Below the pieces are notes generated by a model. The model was given only the letters and a program-made list of their open reading frames with translations, was not told where the DNA came from and made no database searches. From contig JAXMBC010000001.1 of assembly GCA_046350055.1 (NCBI GenBank), positions 1,214,660 to 1,278,659 on the forward strand: DNA of 64,000 nt, given 5' to 3'. A program made the position numbers and the translations under genes. Source of the DNA: Gemmatales bacterium. GTDB taxonomy: Bacteria; Planctomycetota; Planctomycetia; Gemmatales; HRBIN36. The first letter of the stretch is position 1, and each line of letters starts with the position of its first letter. Positions 58,917 through 64,000 of the stretch are shown here, piece after piece.

Positions 58917-58946
58917 ACGGAGGTGAGGTACTCCTCTCCTCCGTGC
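58917..58946. repeat. module-A-type hairpin X3
   Basis: CACGGAGG-T-GAGG TACT CCTC-T-CCTCCGTG, preceded by CTGTGC. It has the same architecture as H1 of module A but entirely different stem sequence. Confidence 0.6.
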
Positions 58947-59123
58947 TGGCACTGCGACTCACCCCATAGAACGATCAAGGCTTGTCGTTGACACAGTCCC
59001 TGCAACACCAGATGCGACACTCCCTTTCGCCAACTCCCTGCCAGCCCTGCACTTACGACATTCACCGCGCGACATCCATGCGACACTCACCCAGGGGAAA
59101 CGGCCATTCCCTGGAGTACCCGC

Positions 59124-60233
59124 ATGTCCCTCGTACAACCCATCCAGCCGATTCACTTCGACCAGAAGTGGTTCTATCCGCAACTGCTACCCCAGTCGTG
59201 CGTCATCCTGCTCGATGGCGCCACCGGCGTGGGCAAATCCATGCTCTGTGCCCACCTGGCCACCCAGTTCTCCCACCACTTCCAGGAAGAGAAACGGGCC
59301 GCGACCCTCTTCGTCTCCGCCATGGAGCAGGAGATCAGCCGCAACCGTCACCTCGCCCACCTGAAATGCGACACCCGCTTCGTCGGCCAGGGAAACTTCC
59401 TCGACATGTTCAACTTCAGCAAAGAGTGTGGCGAGGATTTCCAGGCCTGTTTCCGCGCCTACCTCGATACCCTCATCTCCGAAGAGAAGCCCCTCGTTCT
59501 CGTCATCGACGACATCGAGGAGATGATCGGCAGTCTGAATCAGCACATTTCGAAGGACTCACAGGGCCGCTGGTGGGCCATCCTCGGCGAGATGGCTATC
59601 AAGCACCGCATCACCATCATCGTCACCCGCAGAAACGGCATGAACGCCGCCCGCCACTACGGCACCTTCAACCGGGCCGGCACCGAGTTCTGCGACTTCA
59701 TCCTCACCATGCACTGGCATCCCTACGACCCCAACAAGCGGGTCATCTCCATCGCCAAGAACCGCTACGGCGAGCTCGGCAACCAGTGGCACCTGAACCT
59801 CGACGGGGGCAAGCCGCAGTTGCAGTTCGTGGAACGCCATGAACATGTACGCCCATCCAAGTGCCCGCAAACCTGGGTCAGCGACCCCGGCATGGTCCAG
59901 GAAATGAGTCTGGCTGTCGAGGAGATCCGCGAGTTCATGCACGGCGAAGGGACGGTCACCACCGCCCTCAAGGAGCACATGAAGAAGAAGAACTACTCCG
60001 AACGCACCGTCAGACAGGCCACCGCACGCATGGGGCTGCGACTCGTCCGGCAAGGCCAGCAGTGGTGGTACCTGCCCACCGACTTCATGCGAACCGAGGC
60101 CATCCATAAGGAAGTCGCCGCAGCGCGCACACGTGCTGCCGGGGTGGTTCCCCAGGCACTACCTGAAACACAAAGCCCTGGTAAATCCGAAGACTCTACC
60201 CCTTGCACACGCGATGCCGAGGTCGCCGCGTGA
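59124..60233 (+). CDS. RecA/RepA-like P-loop ATPase (AAA_25-type) with a C-terminal wHTH-like region
   Basis: It has Walker A DGATGVGKS and Walker B LVLVIDDIEE, and reads ...ISIAKNRYGE. This type is typical of integrative-element or plasmid replication/primase modules. Confidence 0.55.
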   Translation: MSLVQPIQPIHFDQKWFYPQLLPQSCVILLDGATGVGKSMLCAHLATQFSHHFQEEKRAATLFVSAMEQEISRNRHLAHLKCDTRFVGQGNFLDMFNFSKECGEDFQACFRAYLDTLISEEKPLVLVIDDIEEMIGSLNQHISKDSQGRWWAILGEMAIKHRITIIVTRRNGMNAARHYGTFNRAGTEFCDFILTMHWHPYDPNKRVISIAKNRYGELGNQWHLNLDGGKPQLQFVERHEHVRPSKCPQTWVSDPGMVQEMSLAVEEIREFMHGEGTVTTALKEHMKKKNYSERTVRQATARMGLRLVRQGQQWWYLPTDFMRTEAIHKEVAAARTRAAGVVPQALPETQSPGKSEDSTPCTRDAEVAA

Positions 60234-60241
60234 GCTTGCTC

Positions 60242-61990
60242 TCACTCTTCATGCTTCGGTCGGCGACGGCCAAGAAACCATAGCATGAGCAGGAACACCA
60301 CTAAGCCAGCCGCGATTCTCCACCCGCGATGATAAAATCGAATAGGCAGCTTCCAGCCTTCGAGAGTTTTCGTGTACTTGGGGAAGCCATCAGTTGTCGT
60401 GGCATACTGGCAGGTAATCAGTGTCCTGCTTGCCTTTTGTAAGTTAGTCGGTTGAGCATAGCGATTTGGCAATGATCCTACTACTAGTCCGGTGCGGCGA
60501 TCATAAAAGCGTACTTCGCTGCGAACAGGTGGAAAAACGTAGTGGAGATACTTCTCGTACCAGGCTGGAGCTGTTACTACACTGCGCAATAGATGGAAGG
60601 AGTGCTTGGCACTCTGAGCATCGCAGATAATGGTATCGTCCGTGATATACGACCATCCGGTGGGGAGAAAGGGATTCTCGCCACCATCGGGCACCAATTG
60701 TGTTTGATCCACCAGTTGAAACTGGCCATCCCGGAGTTGTACTTGCGTGATACTGTCGAGTATGAGCATGCCACCGCTTTGTGGCTTCTCGGAATTCTGA
60801 TGGAAGTACCAGCGTTCGGGCTGGCTTGGATGGTGCACCGCATCCAGGTCAAAGCTGAGCATGTGAGGATGAGTTAACTCTTTGGGCCAGTGGAGCAACT
60901 TGCCTGTACTCACATGGGCGTACTGATACCCTAATTCAACAAAACCCTTGCTGCCACCTTCCTGGGAAATCCTAAGGACATCGCCCAGCGAATCAGTTCG
61001 AACTGCCACGGGCTTCGAGTATGGTTGGAAAGGAATAGTCATCGGTTGACCCGTGTGTCCCTGGTAGAGTAATACTCCCGCAGGCAGTACATGGTCACGA
61101 TTAGGATATCCTCTTCGCTTCATGGACGACTCCCACTTTACTGGGAGCAGGCTGTCGCCACATGCTATCCACGAAAGATTCGGGCCTACTTGAAGAGGCC
61201 AGGTCCACCGGAAAAGAGGAAGTGTCCAGTTTGCCAGTGGCGTGAGTGAGGGTTGGGCCGTCGTAGGCAACGCATAGGATTGCAACCAGGGCAGCCAGGT
61301 TCCTTCAGGTTCAGTCAAACTGATCCCGCTCAAGCGACCTGTAGAGTTTCTCGGATCCTTGGCAATGGTCGGCTTGGCCAGAAGGTGAGTCAGGGCCGAC
61401 CAGCCATCCACACTTTGCAGGACCAGTGCCGGCTCCCAGGGGAAGGTGGTTTGCACAAGAAAGTACGGTGCATTGTCAGGAGCGAAAGTCACTTCAAAAG
61501 GTGTGTCAGGGCTGGTGTTCCAGGTCTTAACGACCTGCTCCGTGGTGGCGGAAGTGAAATCCCAGCGTCGCAGCTGATACGAGACTCCATCCTCTGTCAC
61601 CACGCGAACAAACCGCCAGACGGTTTCGCCGATCATCCTCGGGTAGTGGCCATGGGTTTGCAGGCCCCAGAAGTCGTTCATGTCCACTGGTGTTTCCAGG
61701 CGATGCAACAAGCGTCCCGTGGCTGTGTTCAGAATGAGGATGGAAGTGTATTGTAGATTGATCCTTTCCAGGACCAGCAGCCAGGGCTGTGTGGCATGTT
61801 CCTCTATGACGCTGTATTGGTGCTGGAGGCTTTTGAAGGAGATGCTCCACAACGGACGTGGAGTCAGTACAAAATGCAAGCCTGTCCCAACAACCCCAGC
61901 TAACAGGCAAGCTATCAGGAATCGGCTGAATGTCAGTCCGCCTGCGCGTGGAGAATGGGAATGAGAAATCATCTTCACCCTCCACACCAC
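60242..61990 (-). CDS. large hypothetical protein anchored by N- and C-terminal TM helices
   Basis: A 582-aa ORF. I recognised no family. The start is uncertain. Confidence 0.45.
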   Translation of the reverse strand: MVWRVKMISHSHSPRAGGLTFSRFLIACLLAGVVGTGLHFVLTPRPLWSISFKSLQHQYSVIEEHATQPWLLVLERINLQYTSILILNTATGRLLHRLETPVDMNDFWGLQTHGHYPRMIGETVWRFVRVVTEDGVSYQLRRWDFTSATTEQVVKTWNTSPDTPFEVTFAPDNAPYFLVQTTFPWEPALVLQSVDGWSALTHLLAKPTIAKDPRNSTGRLSGISLTEPEGTWLPWLQSYALPTTAQPSLTPLANWTLPLFRWTWPLQVGPNLSWIACGDSLLPVKWESSMKRRGYPNRDHVLPAGVLLYQGHTGQPMTIPFQPYSKPVAVRTDSLGDVLRISQEGGSKGFVELGYQYAHVSTGKLLHWPKELTHPHMLSFDLDAVHHPSQPERWYFHQNSEKPQSGGMLILDSITQVQLRDGQFQLVDQTQLVPDGGENPFLPTGWSYITDDTIICDAQSAKHSFHLLRSVVTAPAWYEKYLHYVFPPVRSEVRFYDRRTGLVVGSLPNRYAQPTNLQKASRTLITCQYATTTDGFPKYTKTLEGWKLPIRFYHRGWRIAAGLVVFLLMLWFLGRRRPKHEE

Positions 61991-62015
61991 GTAAGGCTCA
62001 ATCAGCTGATCAGCA

Positions 62016-63947
<1,932 letters not shown>

Positions 63948-64000
63948 GAAGACCTCTAGCGGGACGGCTGATGCAGGCAGACAGATATTCGATTATTCTA

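Overview
The window is a 64-kb chromosomal segment that looks planctomycete (Gemmataceae-like). The evidence is three PEP-CTERM proteins, a Ser/Thr kinase fused to WD40 repeats, a small lipocalin-like paralog type, high G+C with strong GC3 bias, and many long antisense shadow ORFs. Housekeeping genes recognised directly from the translations are lpdA, cysK, typA/bipA, carB, dxs, moaA, rpmE, rpmG, a bpt-like arginyl/leucyl transferase, a SulP transporter fused to a beta-carbonic anhydrase, a MATE exporter, a GNAT, a BatA-like VWA protein and tRNA-Gln(UUG).

Three accessory patches stand out:

1. 23.6-29.0 kb holds seven unrelated small ORFs on the same strand, separated by attC-like imperfect palindromes (GCCGAAC...GTTCGGC). 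No integrase is present, so this resembles an integron cassette array of the CALIN type. Its junctions have been invaded repeatedly by recombinase-less miniature elements. These carry a conserved ~90-115-nt multi-hairpin module, which in one copy sits directly 3' of a 20-codon IS110-family recombinase remnant. They also carry a portable outward sigma70-like promoter plus a perfect 22-bp palindrome aimed at the next cassette. I consider this the best candidate for something undescribed: an IS1111-like guide-RNA/right-end module plus a mobile promoter-operator servicing an orphan cassette array.
2. 50.4-53.1 kb is an AT-richer islet. It holds an anti-phage-type dCTP deaminase (N-terminal kinase-like domain plus a zinc deaminase domain) that is split by an 847-bp IS5/IS427-type element with a TA target duplication.
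3. 56.4-60.2 kb holds a 610-bp hairpin-dense non-coding region, an AT-rich OLD-family ABC-ATPase/Toprim nuclease-like gene, and a RecA/RepA-like P-loop gene.

Other repeats are a ~145-bp element with GC-hairpin termini, present twice in opposite orientation, and a 30-bp-arm inverted repeat downstream of rpmE. All calls come from reading the sequence and the supplied ORF track. No database search was run.
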